64,000 nucleotides of DNA, from NCBI GenBank assembly GCA_002419295.1, contig DIFW01000034.1:8098-72097 (forward strand), written 5' to 3'. Each line of letters begins with the position of its first letter. The stretch's first letter is position 1. Shown piece after piece: positions 62,006-64,000 of the stretch. The translations under genes and the position numbers were made by a program. The DNA comes from Patescibacteria group bacterium UBA5738. GTDB lineage: Bacteria; Patescibacteriota; Minisyncoccia; Minisyncoccales; UBA5738. Under the pieces are notes generated by a model that saw nothing but the letters and a program-made list of their open reading frames with translations, was not told the origin of the DNA and ran no database searches.

Positions 62006-62083
62006 ATTTTTTTATGTTTATTATTCTCTGGATTTATTATAACAAAAAACAATCCGTTTGGCTCGCAACCGCTCCAGACCGTT

Positions 62084-62353
62084 TTATAATCTTTTCACGA
62101 TGTCGTAATTTTTCTGCAGATATTCCAGATCGTCAAAGAGATTTTTGAAGATTTTTTCACGGTCGAAATCTTTTTCTTTCAGGGCGATATTGATGATGGT
62201 TGCCAGAACCGCGAAGTAATCGCCATGCTCAATGTGAAATTCAAGATGTTTGATCCGGTCGGCGCGGTCGTTGAGGTCTTTCACGAACCAATTATTTCCG
62301 GACAAAAATCCGTCGCCGACTATTAAACCGCAATCCGTTTGTAATTTATACAT
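62084..62353 (-). CDS. Conserved third gene of the cassette, unknown family (copy 2, 89 aa)
   Basis: Paralog of 45035-45322; starts 14 nt after the toxin stop. Confidence 0.65.
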   Translation of the reverse strand: MYKLQTDCGLIVGDGFLSGNNWFVKDLNDRADRIKHLEFHIEHGDYFAVLATIINIALKEKDFDREKIFKNLFDDLEYLQKNYDIVKRL

Positions 62354-62367
62354 ATTTTGTAAAAAAA

Positions 62368-62619
62368 TTAGTAAATTCCCTGGCGGTGGCCGATTACAAT
62401 GACGAAAACTATCAATTCTTTCTTATGAATGGAATAAATTATGCGATAAGGCCAAATTCGCATTGACCATTGGCCTTCGCGCCCGCCTTTTAATCTTTTC
62501 CCGGAGAATGGGTCGTTGGCGATTATGTTAATTGCCGTCAAGGCCCGATAATGGTCTTTTTGCGGTAATTTATTTAGCGCTTTTTCTGCGCCGGGTTTGA
62601 TTCTTAGCTGATATGCCAT
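62368..62619 (-). CDS. RelE/ParE-family toxin (copy 2)
   Basis: MAYQLRIKPGAEKALNKLP...WPYRIIYSIHKKELIVFVIVIGHRQGIY. ATG 62619 lies 50 nt inside the antitoxin gene. Confidence 0.8.
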   Translation of the reverse strand: MAYQLRIKPGAEKALNKLPQKDHYRALTAINIIANDPFSGKRLKGGREGQWSMRIWPYRIIYSIHKKELIVFVIVIGHRQGIY

Positions 62620-62932
62620 ATTTTTTAGATGTTTTTTCGGCGACCACAAAGCCTTCCTTGGCAAGAAGTTCTTCAAGGGTAGTCCAACTTTTATATTCCC
62701 CGCTTTTAATCGCCTCGTTGGTTTTCTTAATGTCGTTGTCGAGATTCGGGAAATCGCGCATTACCTCCAAAGTTTCTTGCCATGAGTCAAAATCTTTAGC
62801 CGACATTAAAACCGCCTTGGGTTTGCCTTTTTCGGTCAAGGTGTAATATTTATCGGGCTTTTGAACTTCTTCGGCAATTTCAAAGATTCTTTTTCTCGCT
62901 TCGGAGATTGACATTGTGTTTTTGGCATCCAT
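62570..62932 (-). CDS. Phd/YefM-family antitoxin with C-terminal extension (copy 2)
   Basis: MSISEARKRIFEIAEE...YTLTEKGKPKAVLMSAKDFDSWQETLEVM. Confidence 0.8.
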   Translation of the reverse strand: MDAKNTMSISEARKRIFEIAEEVQKPDKYYTLTEKGKPKAVLMSAKDFDSWQETLEVMRDFPNLDNDIKKTNEAIKSGEYKSWTTLEELLAKEGFVVAEKTSKKYGISAKNQTRRRKSAK

Positions 62933-62945
62933 GCGTTTTGTATTA

Positions 62946-62981
62946 TATGTACATAATAGCGTACATCCAAAACGCTGTCAA
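62946..62981 (-). promoter_or_regulatory. Promoter plus palindromic operator of TA-like cassette 2
   Basis: Minus strand TTGACA (62981-62976), 17-nt spacer, TATTAT (62958-62953), with GGATGTACGCTATTATGTACATAT and the palindrome TATGTACATA (62946-62955). Confidence 0.6.
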
Positions 62982-62982
62982 A

Positions 62983-63192
62983 TCAAATTTTTGTCTTTGA
63001 AGCTTGAAAATCCAGCGTTGGCGAGCGATACGGTCCAATCAGTTTGCTTTGCATGTCCGAGGATGTGCCGGAATGTTCTTTTTTAGAGTTGCCAGCTTTC
63101 CCGCCCCCATACTTCTTTCGCTTCTGTGCTGTTTTTTCCAAATCCTTTAGGTTTATAGTTTTATTATAAAAAAACGGCGCTTGGTTCGCCAT
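62983..63192 (-). CDS. Doubtful 69-aa Lys/Ser-rich ORF
   Basis: It fills the gap between the cupin gene and the TA promoter. The sequence is low-complexity with no motif. Confidence 0.2.
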   Translation of the reverse strand: MANQAPFFYNKTINLKDLEKTAQKRKKYGGGKAGNSKKEHSGTSSDMQSKLIGPYRSPTLDFQASKTKI

Positions 63193-63211
63193 TTTCGTAT
63201 CTTTCTATGGC

Positions 63212-63556
63212 CTATTCTGCAATGATTTTGTGTTGTTGCGGAGTCCATGCGGGGACGCAGGGCATAAAGATTTCCATATTGCCTTGCCAATAAAATTTTT
63301 CACCGGGATTTATCAATACCAAATCACCCGTGCTTAATTCATATTCTTTATCTTCAACAACCAGCTTTCCCGAACCCGAAATTATATAGGCCATTTCTTT
63401 GCAAATTTCATTAACCGTCCACCCTTTATCGGGATAGCGTCCCGAAAGGCTGATTACCGCGCCGTTGATATCGCGGTCTTCCATTGAATATTCGTAGGCG
63501 ATGAAGGAATTGCTGTTATCGAACCTTTTTCTTTGTTCTTTCTTGATTATTTTCAT
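63212..63556 (-). CDS. Cupin-domain protein
   Basis: 114 aa; the beta-barrel pattern EMAYIISGSGKLVVEDKEYELSTGDLVLINPGEKFYWQG is typical of cupin_2. Confidence 0.7.
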   Translation of the reverse strand: MKIIKKEQRKRFDNSNSFIAYEYSMEDRDINGAVISLSGRYPDKGWTVNEICKEMAYIISGSGKLVVEDKEYELSTGDLVLINPGEKFYWQGNMEIFMPCVPAWTPQQHKIIAE

Positions 63557-63559
63557 AAA

Positions 63560-64000
63560 TTATTGTCGCAGATCGATGATGGTGCCGCAGGGTTTGTTTT
63601 CCAGCGCGTCTTTGAAGTGTTTTAGGTCCACGATTTGACACACAATGCCGGTTTTGGCCGCTTCCAAAAGTTCGATATATTTTTGTCTCATTCCGCCGGT
63701 GACATCCGCGGCGGTGCTTCCCGACAAACATCTCTCTATCTCTTTATAGTTTTTGGCGTTGATTTCGGGAATAAGGCGCGCGTTTTTATCAATTTTGGGA
63801 TTGGCGGTGAATACCCCTTCTACATCGCTCACTTCAATGATTTTCTCGGCATTCATCTTTTTTGCCACATAGGGAGTGATTTGATCGCCGGATAGAATCG
63901 CTGAGCCCCATGCGCTGTCAAAGGCGGGTACGCCATAAACAACCGGCACCATTTTGAGCCGCAAAAGTCCGATCATCGCTTGAGTTTCCATGGACACCAA
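63560..64000 (-). CDS. Isopentenyl phosphate kinase-like amino-acid-kinase family protein (N-terminus beyond the window)
   Basis: The ORF is open to the window edge. SGDQITPYVA, DVEGVFTANP and AADVTGGMRQK resemble IPK signatures. Confidence 0.6.
   Translation of the reverse strand: MVSMETQAMIGLLRLKMVPVVYGVPAFDSAWGSAILSGDQITPYVAKKMNAEKIIEVSDVEGVFTANPKIDKNARLIPEINAKNYKEIERCLSGSTAADVTGGMRQKYIELLEAAKTGIVCQIVDLKHFKDALENKPCGTIIDLRQ

Noticed and set aside
44400-62981. Composite transposon bounded by the inverted TA cassettes
   Set aside because: No transposase or terminal inverted repeats are present, and the interior consists of essential housekeeping genes.
1-64000. Alternative genetic code (UGA recoding as in some CPR lineages)
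   Set aside because: Conserved genes terminate at their expected lengths on TGA, TAA and TAG, and none shows in-frame stops.

Overview
The window is a 64-kb chromosomal segment with about 65 tightly packed genes, standard genetic code and no rRNA, CRISPR array or transposase. By inference the gene content looks like a reduced-genome Patescibacteria/CPR-type bacterium: short HrcA, archaeal-type UMP kinase, AspRS without the GAD insertion, almost no Shine-Dalgarno sequences and giant Cys-rich surface proteins. Core content is a CIRCE-controlled heat-shock cluster (hrcA-grpE-DUF3467-hsp20-dnaK-dnaJ) and a fragmented dcw cell-wall cluster (mraZ-rsmH-ftsL-ftsI; murC; dac-mraY-X-murD-ftsW-murG). 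It also holds four aminoacyl-tRNA synthetase genes (valS, aspS, gltX), recQ, efp, ychF, glnA, a P-type ATPase and two tRNAs (Lys-UUU, Glu-CUC). The most interesting non-core items are listed here. (1) A three-gene Phd/YefM - RelE/ParE - unknown ~90-aa cassette occurs twice in inverted orientation (44.4-45.3 kb and 62.1-63.0 kb), with a conserved promoter/operator and a conserved 50-nt gene overlap. (2) A GAF-ANTAR regulator sits next to glnA, whose ~80-nt leader carries a textbook dual-hexaloop ANTAR target overlapping an intrinsic terminator. (3) A PP-loop ATPase-family gene lies between mraY and murD (possible MurL-like function), followed by a promoter-to-terminator unit that looks like an unclassified structured RNA. 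(4) A GHKL ATPase is paired with a STAS-like (DUF4325-like) gene. (5) A myo-inositol-1-phosphate synthase is paired with a small CDP-alcohol phosphatidyltransferase. (6) A 60-aa protein has 12 cysteines. (7) A Xer-type recombinase gene is bracketed by a 16-nt direct repeat. All functional calls come from motifs read by eye; no database search was possible.
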